64,000 nucleotides of DNA from Rebecca billardiae RCC1528 (lineage: Eukaryota; Protista; Haptophyta): positions 992,001 to 1,056,000 of the forward strand of contig OZ251225.1 in the NCBI GenBank assembly GCA_965240325.2, in the 5' to 3' direction. Positions within the stretch are counted from its first letter, which is position 1, and the number at the start of each line of letters is the position of its first letter. A model generated the notes under the pieces. It did not search any database. It was not told where the DNA came from and saw nothing but the letters and a program-made list of their open reading frames with translations. Positions 1 to 11,015 of the stretch are shown in pieces. A program made the translations under genes and the position numbers.

Positions 1-2181
1 GCGCCTTCGAGCGGCTCGTGCGCGTCGGGAAGTGCGCCGAAGCGTATCCGGAGCATGCTCCATCGACGCGTCGCACTGCCGGGCCCTCGTATGCGAGCCC
101 ATGCCGACGTCTGAGTGCGCCTCGCTGCGCACGGTACAGCTTGACGGTACACGGCACGATTGGGCCCGCGAGCAGCCTCGTGCGCGCGACCGAGCCAGAG
201 GTGGTCGTCAAGAGTAGCACGAGCGGCGGCACACGAGCGGGGCTGGTCGTTGCCGAATATCTGACGCACCAATCGACCTCGCGCAGACCCGTCTGCTCGT
301 TTGTGCGCGTGTTGGAAAGGATGAGCAGCTGCGTGCAAACGCCGAGCGCACAGATGAGGCGTGGGCGAGCGAAGGGGCGGCGAGGGCCGGCGCGTGCGCG
401 CGCGTAAATTCGAGCCTCCCCATACGCATCGAAACACACCGCGCTCGCTCGTCGAGCTGCGCACGGGTATCGGTGCGCGCGCGCCAACGCGGCGCGCAGT
501 GAACGCGCCCGGCGAATGCACACCTGCTCGCGCGCGCACGCGCACGTGATGGACCGAGGAGGTCGCGCGAGCATGCGCGATGTGTCTGGATGGAGCGTGT
601 AGGAGGTGTAGGCTACGCTCCGCACGCGCTCCGCCACCGTGCACCGCGCTGCCCCTCGTCCACGCGATCGCCGCCGAGCCCAGATTCAAACGCGCGCGAG
701 CCCGCGAGCGCGCCTCCGAGCAGCGCTTGCAGCAATCGTGTCGAAGGCTTGGCGAGAGGCAGATGTGCATGGCAAGTAGCGCCATGGGGGTGCCCATCAC
801 GCACACACACCCGCGCACGCTCGCCGCACCACCTCGTCGTGCCCACGTTCAGCGCGCGGGGCGCACTTTGCGCCTCGAGCAGCTGCCGAGCGGCTCCCGC
901 GCGCGGCGCGCGCAGCGAGTAGAACTCAGCCAATGGTCCGAGGGCGAGCCGGCCGAGCGTCGTGCGTGACGCACATGGACCTGGTGCAACGCCGCGTACC
1001 ACTCGCAGCCACCATCGCGCCCGTACCAGCGAGCTGTGGCCGCCGCCGACACCCCAAAGCAGCCCAGCCGTCAGCGCGCGACAGCCGACGAGCGCGCGAC
1101 GCGCGCGTGCACCACCGTGATGAGCACGGATGAGCGCGCGCGCCCGTGTCGTAGCCCAGGTGGGGTCCCCCGATCGCACGCACCACCGCGCTGCCACGCC
1201 TTCGACCATCTTGTGTCACCACGCGGGCACACGCCGGGCAGGCGGCGGGGGCAGCCCGCTCGGCAAACGGTCAGCGCGCAGCGAGGATGGAGTCCGGCGA
1301 GGGGCGACCGGAGTGTCCGGCGCGACGGAGGTGGTCCACGCCGTGGTCGCCGACGCGTTCCTCACCACCTCCGAGGCCGTGGTGGCCGCACGGGAGAAGG
1401 AATGCTCCCAGTCGCACCCTTTGCAGTGCTCCTTTGCGCGCGCACGCAGCGCCAACGAGCGAAAGCGTTTAGCGGGACCTAGTCCGGGGCTCAAGGGTAC
1501 CATCATCAAAGAATGGAATGCGTGCAAAGGTCCCGCTAAACAAATTTTGTGTCGCCCGTGCCGCGCGCGCGCGAGCACGGCCAATGCGGCTCCTTGCACA
1601 TCTGCTGCAGATCGGCTCGTGCTCGGCGAGCGCGGCGAGGAGGAAGGTGCGCGCTCGCGAGCTGGCGCACCTGGGAGTCCTCGCGGCCTCCGAGCAGAAA
1701 GAGCGCGTCGAGCGCAACGCCGCAGGTCGCACGGTCGCGATCTCGCGAGAGCGGTGGTGCGAGGGCGGGCCTCGCCATCGCGCGTTTCTGCGTCCAAACG
1801 CGGCCTCCGTAAAATCCGGATGGCGGTCAAGGGATTTTGCTGGTGCGCTATCCTCAGAAAAGTTTACACTCATCCTCATCCAGGCGCCCACGCGGGCGCA
1901 CGGGGGCGACAGCCGCGGCTGCCGCTTGCCGGAGCTGCTCGCCGCTAGGTCGGCGGGCGGCGACATCGACTACGACCTCACCCTCATCCAAGTGCTCCGG
2001 AAGGCGCTCGGCCGCGGCGGCATCTGCCGTCGCCGCCGCGTGCCCCAGGCCGAGGCGGTGCTCCATCCCGGCCCCGCTCCCGTACCAGTAGGGGGGCAGT
2101 GCTGCGGGTGGCGCACTGTCTGACCTGGACGGAAGGCGCGGACGCATTCTATGTGTCTGTTGCACTCTGAGCCTGACGCTT

Positions 2182-2596
2182 TGAGAGACTTAGGAGACTC
2201 GAAACGAAGCAGGTGGCTCGCTGCTGCTGGCAGTGTCGACCAGCCCCCGCAAGGGCACTGAAGGATGCTCTCGGCTGTCTGAGCAGGCACTGCCCTGGCC
2301 CCTCGGGTTGAAGCTGGGGCTGTGCCGACGAACCGGTTTAAGGCCGGTTCGGCTCGTCAAGTGGAAGTGTGGCTCCATAGGTATCTCCCACCTTTCAGGC
2401 TGGGAGCCTGTGGAACGCATACCGAAGCGGTAATTAGCAATTACCAATGATGGAGGTAAATAGAGCAGGTCATTGACGATGCAGTAATCAACTGCACGTA
2501 GATCACTTGAGCTGCACCTAGAGCAGAGTAGCGATTGGCTCCTCGAAAGCTCTCGGTGTCATGCGGGTAAATCTGGCTAGCCCAGATTGCCCGACA
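2182..2596 (-). repeat. 3' LTR of the copia element
   Basis: Direct repeat of 7821-8235. Confidence 0.96.
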
Positions 2597-2608
2597 CTCG
2601 TCCTCACC
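2597..2608 (-). promoter_or_regulatory. Polypurine tract
   Basis: GGTGAGGACGAG directly precedes the 3' LTR on the minus strand. Confidence 0.7.
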
Positions 2609-2762
2609 GAGTGCGGCGAGGTGCGAGTGAGCGTGTGCGTGTGTGCCGCGCGCGCGCGCGCGTGTGCGCGCGTGCGCGCGCTTGCGTGCAGCTCGTGTGC
2701 GTGCCCGCGAGCGGCGGGCGAGCGATGCACGCGGACGATCTTCGCCTTCGGGTGACGCTCAC

Positions 2763-4650
2763 CTACTTGAGCCGGGTGAGCGTCGTGGTGGCGCCACAGA
2801 GGTGGTCCACCAAGCGCTTGAACTTGTCGCGAGTGAGGCCCTTCGTGAGAACGTCGGCCACGTTGTCCTGGGAGCTCACGAAGGTCACGTCGATCTCGCC
2901 GGCCGCCACCCAGTCGCGGATGCGGTGGTAGCGGATCTCGATGTGCTTGGTGCGCTTGCGCACGGACGGGTTCACGGCGAGGTTGATCGCGCCGGTGTTG
3001 TCCGCGAGGATCTTGGTCGGGATCTTGGTGTCGATCAGCTTGAGCTCGGACAGCATGTTGCGCATGTACGCGACGGACTTGCCAGTGTCCGACAGCGCCA
3101 TGTACTCGGCCTCGCAGGAGGAGAGGGCGGTGTTCGTCTGGATGTACGAGTTCCAGTGGACCGCGCCCGAGCCGTAGAACAGCACGTTGCCCGTGATCGA
3201 GCGGCGCGAGTCCGGGATGTTGCCCCAGTCCGAGTCCGAGTAAGCCTTGAGACCGCCGGTGTTGCCGTATCGGTAGAGGATGCCGGCGTCCGGCGTGTGC
3301 GAGAGGTAGCGCAGCACGCGCTTTGCGGCGCGCATGTGCGGCTCGCGCGGGTTCTGCACGAAGCGAGAGAGCGTGCTCACCGCGTACGAGATGTCCGGGC
3401 GGCAGGTGATCGAGGCGTAGATGAGCGAGCCGACGATCGAGCGGTAGACAGACTGGTCCGCGGGCTCGTCGTCGTCCGTCGGCGCGCCAAAGTACAGCCG
3501 CGGCTCAGCCGGCACGTCCGCCTTGCGGCAGCCGGTGAAGTCGTAGCGCGAGATGACCTCCTTGATGTACTTCGGCATCGCGAGCAGCATGCCCTCCTCC
3601 TTGTACGTGACCTCCAGGCCGAGGAAGTAGCTGACGCGTCCGAGCTCGCGCATCTTGAACGTGTCGGCGAGCGACTTGAGGATCTCGCCGACCTCGTTCG
3701 GCTTGGTCGAGCCGTTCACGACCAGCAGGTCGTCAACGTAGACGGCGATGATGATGATGCCGCCGGCGGTGAACTTGTAGTACAGGCACGGGTCGACGTG
3801 CGACTGGTTGAAGCCCATCTTCTTCAGCTTCATGTCGAGCAGCAGGTACCAGTTCCTGCCCGACTGCTTCAAGCCGTAGATGGACTTGATGAGATGCAGC
3901 ACCGGCTTCTCGTGCGGCTTGAACGTCTTCTCGAAGACGTAGCCCGGCGGCGCGTGCATGTACACGTCCACGCCCTCCTCGAGCGGCGCGTTGAGGTAGG
4001 CCGTGTGGAAGTCGCACATGGTCGTGGAGTAGTTGTGAGCCGCCGACAGCGCGATGAGCGTGCGCACCGTCGTGTGGTTGACGGTGGGCGAGAAGGTCTC
4101 GTCGTAGTCGATGCCCTTCTGCTGGCGGAAGCCCTGGGCGACGAGCCGCGCCTTGCGCCGCGCGAGCGAGGCGTCGGCGTTCAGCTTGTTCTTGAACACG
4201 TACTTCGAGCCGACCGCCATGCGGCCGGGCGGCAGCGCCGCCTCCTTGTAGGTGCCGTTCACCTTGTGCGAGTCGAGCTCGTCGTCGATGGCCTCGCACC
4301 ATTCGGAAGCCTCGGGCGACTCCATGGCCATCTTGTACGACGTGGGCTCCGGGCCGATCGGCGCGTGCGCGTCGATGATGGCCCGCAGCGCCTGGTAGTG
4401 CATCGTCTTGTCGGTCGCGGTAGCTGCGTCGCGGCGCGCGCGCACGCGCGCTGAGCGGCGCGGTGCCGGGAGCTCCTCCTCGGTGTCAGCGGGCTGAGCA
4501 ATGCCGTACGCGTCGTCGTCGTTCGGCACGATGATGTCGTCGGCGTTGGCCTCGTCGCCGAGCGGTGGATGGATGGAGGGGCTGGCGATCGCGCCCAGCG
4601 AGTCGGCGCCGCCATCGTTGTAGTAATCGATGGGCTCGAGTCCGGGCATC
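2763..4650 (-). pseudogene. pol: Copia reverse transcriptase and RNase H
   Basis: RT motifs KARLVAQGF, SIYGLKQSGRNW and YVDDLL; RNase H motifs YSDSDWG, SSCEAEY, DNTGAI and ADVLTK. Confidence 0.96.
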
Positions 4651-6085
4651 CAGGTCCTTGGGGAGCGGGACGGCGGCAGCGGCAGCGCCGTCGAGAGCAG
4701 CGCCGCGCGATCGCAGCACGCGGTCGGCTCCGAGTGGGGGACGGTCGTGGTGCACGATGTCGTCGCGGTCCTCGTCGTTCTCGAGCATCTCGTTGGCCTG
4801 GCGCTCCTCCTCCTCCTCCTCGGCCGAGTGCTGCTTGCCGCACGTCGGTCGCGCCGTCGGAGCGCCCGCGAACGAGAGCTCATCAAAGAGAACGTGCCGA
4901 GAGATCACGATCTTCTTGGAGGAGGGGATGTAGATCTTGTAGCCGAAGATCTTCCGCGTCGTGTTGCCGATCTGGACGCCGTCGCGCGCGTAGCCCGCGT
5001 GCCAGCCGATGATGCCGCGCGACTTGAGCTTGTACCCGCCGGGGCCGACAGCGGAGTGGTCGTACACGATCGCCTTGCAGCCAAAGGGGCGGAGGTGCGC
5101 GATGTCGGGCTTGTAGCCGTAGAACTTCTCGATGGGCGTCTTGCCGTCGCGCTTGGCGAGGTGGTTGCGGTGGTACGCCGCCACGAGCATCGCCTCCGGC
5201 CAGTACTTGTGCGCGACGCCCGACTGCAGGAGCATCGCGCGCGCGTCCGCAACGAGTGTGCCCCACTTGCGCTCGGCGATCGGGTTCTGCTGCGGCGTGT
5301 GCGGCGCCGAGGTGACGTTGATGAGGATGCCGAACTCGTCGAGCACGTCCTGCCACTCCTGGGAGTTGAGCTCGCCGGCTCCGTCCGGATGGAAATGCCC
5401 GTCCGCCATCGAGGTGCCGAGCGAGATCGAGAGCAGCGACATCGCCCCAACATCACGAATGTACTGCCGGAGCAGCTGAGGCGCGAGGTCGCGCGTGCGG
5501 CACGTGTAGATGCGCGTGTAGTCCGAGTGGTCGTCGATGAAGCTGAGCGCGTTTATGTCCGCCAGCGGCGTGCCGTCGGCCGTGTGCGGCACGCCCTTGC
5601 GGTACGGGCCGAAGAAGTCGACGTGCACGATCTCGAGCCGCCGCGTCGCGCGCGCCATCTTGCCCGGGAATGGGAGCAACTTGATCTTGGAGACCGCGCA
5701 GATGTCGCAGTCGATCGCGTCGGGCTTCGAGGCGCCTATGCCGGTGGCGGCGTGCTTCGTGCGCAAGATCGCCTCCAAGTTGGCGTGTCCGAAGCGGCGA
5801 TGCCAGGTGTCGCGCCACGCGTCCGTCAGCTTGCCGCCGTCGCGCGAGTCGGCGCCGCGCCCGCGGTCGGAATCAGCTCGCGCGCCGTCCGAGTTGAGGT
5901 TTGAGTCGTCGAGGGCGCCGGGCTGCGAGTCCGCGGCGTCGGTCTGGCCGTTTAAAGCAACAGCGCGAGCGTCGTCGTCGCCGACGGAGTCGTCGCCGGA
6001 GCGCGTCGCCGTCTCATCGGCGAGGGAATCGGCGCCCCCCGAGCGGTGGTTGGCCTCCTTGATGATGGAGTGCGACAGTCTGGTG
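4650..6085 (-). pseudogene. pol: Copia GAG-pre-integrase and integrase
   Basis: WHRRFGH...CDIC zinc motif; DDE triad in VHVDFFGP, HPDGAGE and PQQNPIAERK; LRPFGC; GYKIY; ISRHVLFDE. Frameshifted at both ends. Confidence 0.92.
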
Positions 6086-7788
6086 CCGCCATCAGGCCGC
6101 GGCTGAGGCGGAAGAAGTCGCACATGAGGCCGTGGTTGCCGAAGTGGTCGGCGTCGCGGCAGGCAAAGGAGCAGTACACGGCCGCGTTGCACCCGCCGCA
6201 CATGTAGTTGCCGGTGTCGTGGCAGCCCTCGCGCTGGCAGTAGTAGTAGTCTGGGCGCGGGCCCTTGGCCACATAGGGCTCCGGCATCAGCGCGGTCGGC
6301 CGCGGCGTGATCTCCGAGCAGATGATGTCGGCCTCGGAGAGCGGGTTGGCGCTGGAGTTGGCGTAGTACACGCCGGGCGGGCTGGTCTCCGCCGTGGTGA
6401 AGTCGGGCTCCTCCTCCGAGACGATGGCCATGCGCGCGCCGCTTGCCGATCTGGGCACGCCGCGCGTCGACTTGGCCTTGAGATCGAAGGTCACGGCCTG
6501 CGTCTCGGCGGCGCGCGGCTCCTTGTGGATCGCCTTGTCCGAGTGCTGGCGGGGGTGGGGGCGCTCGCGCTGCGGGCACTGGTGGCGCCAATGGCCGTGC
6601 TCGCCGCAGGTGGGGCACGGGCCCGACGGGACGGCGGGGCGCTCGCCGCCGCCGCGGTGAGGGCGCGCCGCGCCGCGCGGCGGCGGGATGGGGCGGTGCT
6701 GCTGCCCGCCGGTCGGGCGCGCGGGCGCGCGCGCCGCCATGGCCGCGCTGGCCGGCCTGGCGAGGTTCGCCGAGGCGGCCGCCGACTTGATCGAGGTGAC
6801 GTACTTCTCGAATGACTCCGACTCGATCGAGCCGGCCTCGGTGAGCGCGACGAGCTGCGGGTAGCGCGGCTGCGTGAGATGGAGCGCGAACACGAGCTTC
6901 AGAATGTTGTGGTTCATGTCCAGGTGAATGAACGCGTTGAAGGTCTGCTCGAAGTTGGCGATCCAGTCGTCGACGTTGGAGTGCGTGCCGAGCGGCTTGA
7001 GCGAGAGGAGCTCGGTCAGCTTGAGCCGCCCGGTCGTCAGCGGCGAGCGCCGCGAGTTGACGACGAGGTAGTTGTGGACGTCCGCGAAGGTCGGGCGGAA
7101 TGAGGTCGTCGCATGAACTGAGTCAATGAGCGACGCGGACATCGACTCGGCGAAGAGGGTCTTCATGAGAATGGCCGAGACGTTGATGAAGACGTACCCG
7201 TGATGGGCCTTGAGGCGGAGCGATACCGCCTTGACGCGCAGCTCGAGCTGCTGGAGCTCGTCCTCCACATCGCCTGCGATGGAGGGGCTGCAAGAGGGGG
7301 CGCGACTGGCTGTGAGTTCGCGCGGGCGCGCGGACGCGCCGTCGTCATGCTCCTCCTCCGAGTCGTCATCGGAGGTAGAGAGCGGGGAGTACGCGTGCGG
7401 AGTGATCGGTTCCGGGGCGTACATCTTGGGCGTGCCGATGGCGGACACGCCGTCTCCAAAGCTCATGCCGCGGCGCGCGCGCGGGCCAAGCGGCGTCACG
7501 AGCACCGCCTCCTCAGCAAGCTCGGTCTCGACGTGGAGCTGGGCGATGCGGTCGAGGGACTCGTCCTGAGTGAGCGCGCGGGAGAGCGGGTCCTTGGGGT
7601 CCTCAAACAGTAGAGCTTCGACGGAAGCCCCCTTGAGCTTGAGGATCGACTTGAGCGCGCGCGAGTCCGACTGCACTTGCGCGATCGCATGATGAATGAA
7701 GCTCTCTTTTGACTGCGCGCGCGGTCAAATCCGAGTGAGAGTTCAGGGTCTTCTTCTTGGGATCCTTCTGGTGCCTTGCGGAGGCCAT
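6085..7788 (-). pseudogene. gag: Copia gag with CCHC zinc knuckle followed by a MYND-type zinc finger
   Basis: ORF 5952-7676 contains CPTCGEHGHWRHQC and CQREGC-x7-CGGC-x4-YCSFAC-x8-H-x3-C. The likely ATG at 7788 is out of frame with it. Confidence 0.85.
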
Positions 7789-7805
7789 GCCGTAAGCAAT
7801 CGAGT

Positions 7806-7820
7806 CGCTCGCCGATACCA
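7806..7820 (-). promoter_or_regulatory. Primer binding site, probably for initiator tRNA-Met
   Basis: TGGTATCGGCGAGCG directly follows the 5' LTR on the minus strand; a TGGTATC start is typical of iMet-primed copia elements. Confidence 0.8.
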
Positions 7821-8235
7821 TGAGAGACTTAGGAGACTCGAAACGAAGCAGGTGGCTCGCTGCTGCTGGCAGTGTCGACCAGCCCCTGCAAGGGCACTGA
7901 AGGATGCTCTCAGCTGTCTGAGCAGGCACTGCCCTGGCCCCTCGGGTTGAAGCTGGGGCTGTGCCGACGAACCGGTTTAAGGCCGGTTCGGCTCGTCAAG
8001 TGGAAGTGTGGCTCCATAGGTATCTCCCACCTTTCAGGCTGGGAGCCTGTGGAACGCATACCGAAGCGGTAATTAGCAATTACCAATGATGGAGGTAAAT
8101 AGAGCAGGTCATTGACGATGCAGTAATCAACTGCACGTAGATCACTTGAGCTGCACCTAGAGCAGAGTAGCGATTGGCTCCTCGAAAGCTCTCGGTGTCA
8201 TGCGGGTAAATCTGGCTAGCCCAGATTGCCCGACA
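7821..8235 (-). repeat. 5' LTR of the copia element
   Basis: Direct repeat of 2182-2596 with only two visible mismatches; minus strand reads TGTCGGG...CTCTCA. Confidence 0.96.
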
Positions 8236-8260
8236 CGCTTGTCCGATGCTGCCACGTCGT

Positions 8261-8263
<3 letters not shown>

Positions 8264-8347
<84 letters not shown>
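8264..8347. repeat. (TA)n microsatellite, about 42 units
   Basis: Seen directly; a shorter (TA)n tract lies at about 8535-8564. Confidence 0.98.
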
Positions 8348-8352
<5 letters not shown>

Positions 8353-8532
8353 GTGCCTATAGAGCATAATATAGTAAACTAAGTAGCGCCGTCAGTCAGT
8401 AATCAGAGTAATCAGTATAACGACGGTAATCCCGCTAGCTACTACTACTAGTACTCGGTTCCAGGCGCGGCAACCGCTGCCACCGTACGAGCCTTACGCA
8501 GTTACGCACGTTTTATAAAAACAAATGTACTG

Positions 8533-8566
<34 letters not shown>

Positions 8567-8580
8567 CTATGAGTAGTATG

Positions 8581-8745
8581 ATGACGACGATATACTTCTT
8601 AAAATACTTGCTTACTTAATGACCTCTTGCAATATAAATGAGCGGGAATACTTATATATATATATGACGATGATATACTTCTTAAAATACTTACTTACTT
8701 AATGACCTCTCGCAATCTAAATGAGCGGGAATACTTATATATATA
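8581..8745 (+). repeat. Tandem duplication of an AT-rich unit of about 83 bp
   Basis: ATGACGA(C/T)GATATACTTCTTAAAATACTT...GAGCGGGAATACTTATATATAT occurs twice. Confidence 0.9.
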
Positions 8746-9722
8746 ACTTCGGCCTGCTCACAAAAACTGTCGACGTTCATTAGTAATAATAGTATCCCGT
8801 CCCCGTCCCCGGGATAACGTGATTCTGAATGAAGTTTCAAAGCAACTTCTGAGTAGACTCGAACTCAGTCTCGTCCGAGACGGGCACTCTTGTCCCTCGT
8901 CCGACCCGCGCCCGCGGGTCTTTTCAATAGCGTAATACTAATAACCGGTAGTACTCTGTGTTGACACTGTGTTGACACTGTGTCGCGGATGACGGACGTA
9001 GACGGTGACCGCGTGTTCACGAATGGTGTTGGTGTGAATGAAGGGTAGTAGTACGTAATCATCGCGTCACATAGCTCACTAAGCTAGTTACAAACTGTCG
9101 GGTTGAGCCGCCACTGCCCTCACAGCCCCCGCGCTCAGAGCAAATATGCAGAGCCTCCGTCCACAAGAGGCCTTGACCGCGTAGCTTAATCCGCATGAGT
9201 CATTGGCTTAATCCGCATGAGTCATTGAGTGGACGTCTGTGGACGAGTCTGCCATACGGGCAGCGCACATGAACCTGATGATCGTGAAAAGAGTGCGGAA
9301 CTACTCGAAGCACTGCGTTTACTATCGCATTTACTGTCTAGGGGCCGCTACTAGTTTGGAGACAAGGCCGAAGGCGTCTGAGTGCTCGCATCACTGAGTT
9401 CATGCCGCATGGCGGGATCACGGCCGCACCGGTCTGCAACGCAGCCGCATGTGTCAGCTGCACGAGTATGAGCGGTGTGGGGCCGGTGGAGGCTTGTGCG
9501 CGCTGCCTGGCACCGGCACGGGAGCGGCAGCTCAAGCCATATCACTCTGCGACCAGCCACCATGCGTGGACGAACTGTGGCTGTGCCGGCCGGGCGAGTG
9601 GAGACGCCATTGCGCGCCTCTGGCGAAAATCCGACGACGAAATCACCCTAATCGCCGCGCGCCTCATCACCCGAAATGGACCGGGCCGAAACCGCTGCTC
9701 TCTTCATCATACTAGTACTACA

Positions 9723-10849
9723 CAAGGGCGTTCCCGGGATCCTGCCACACGCTCCGCGAGGGGTTTTGGCCCCCTGGGGGCCAAAACCCTCCCGGACTGG
9801 CGCTGCGCCAGTGGCGGCCGCCAACCCGGACTGCAGCGCACCAGCGCTTGGCGCGCGCGCGGCGCGGCGCGCTGCGGCCGTCGAGTTGCCGTGCGAAGGC
9901 GGCGCGTTGCTTGCGTGGCATCGGAACACGACCATGCTCCGCACTGCGCCCCGCAGCTCGCTCCTCGTCGACTTTGCCGCGCCTACGATCAGCGCGCATG
10001 CGAGCGTCGCGTCGGAATGAGCAGCCCGCGCCGGCCTCAGCCGTGAGCGCCCGCCTGGCGCGCGATGCGATCAACTCGGGGCACGAGCTGCGGCTGAGCG
10101 AGGAAGCATGTGCCTGCGCGCAAGCCGCGCCGCCTTGAGACACCGATCGTGAGCAGGGCATGCACCTTGCACGCAACGTTTCTTCTTGCCCTTGCGAATG
10201 TCGCGGTGCCCTTGAAAGGACTCCTCATCAGCGCAACTACTCAAGCATGGCATGACGGCAGCCACGCGCGCAGGCGATGCATGGATGTACACGAGTCACT
10301 GCGCGCACACGCAACCCGAAGACTCCTATTCATCGCTTCAGGGCGCTCACGGTCTGTTGTTTCATCTCCACTGCATGCAAGGCTCGTGCAGGCTGATCGG
10401 CATTCGTTGACAGCCGTCTGAAGCTGCATCAACGCGCACGATCGATGTCTCAAGGCGGCGCGGCTTGCGCGCAGGCACATGCTTCCTCGCTCAGCCGCAG
10501 CTCGTGCCCCGAGTTGATCGCATCGCGCGCCAGGCGGGCGCTCACGGCTGAGGCCGGCGCGGGCTGCTCATTCCGACGCGACGCTCGCATGCGCGCTGAT
10601 CGTAGGCGCGGCAAAGTCGACGAGGAGCGAGCTGCGGGGCGCAGTGCGGAGCATGGTCGTGTTCCGATGCCACGCAAGCAACGCGCCGCCTTCGCACGGC
10701 AACTCGACGGCCGCAGCGCGCCGCGCCGCGCGCGCGCCAAGCGCCCATCGACGCCAGCGCGCCTTCGCGCCAAGCGCGTTTTCATTTTCCGCGCTTTGTT
10801 TCGCGCGTGAGTTTTTATTGGCGCATGACCTGTGCGGGGAACGCCCCTG
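9723..10849. mobile_element. Non-autonomous foldback/TIR element
   Basis: Near-identical inverted arms of about 308 bp (9844-10151, 10437-10744). Short termini CAAGGGCGTTCCC...GGGAACGCCCCTG. Perfect 14-bp hairpin at 9761-9789. No clear TSD. Confidence 0.7.
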
Positions 10850-11015
10850 CATCACGATTCACGTCTCAGTCTTCGACGAGTCAGTCGACAGTCGTCTCAC
10901 GATGCAGACTAGGCACTAGCTTAACTAGCTAGCTTATGACTAAGACTCTACGCTACGATAATGGATCCACATCAGTCTGACAACAACATCACTGGATCAT
11001 ATTCATTTCATCGGC

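Larger units (their letters stand above)
2182..8235 (-). mobile_element. Full-length Ty1/copia LTR retrotransposon, defective (frameshifted)
   Basis: Two 415-bp LTRs (2182-2596, 7821-8235) with TG...CA ends. 5-bp TSD CGCTT at 2177-2181 and 8236-8240. PBS and PPT present. Domain order is gag, integrase, RT, RNase H. Confidence 0.97.

Noticed and set aside
1-2160. Protein-coding gene among the many ORFs
   Set aside because: No recognisable domain; coding-like patches (about 1330-1410, 1850-2120) lie in broken frames, so at best a decayed pseudogene or TE relic.
2643-5904. Long plus-strand ORFs (603 aa, 424 aa)
   Set aside because: Antisense shadows of GC3-rich pol.
6070-6110. Programmed gag-pol ribosomal frameshift
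   Set aside because: No slippery heptamer or Ty1 CTTAGGC, and other frame breaks exist; a mutational lesion is more likely.
8790-8940. hAT-like MITE (TAGTAT ends, CCCGT motifs)
   Set aside because: Too decayed; no TSD or extended TIR.
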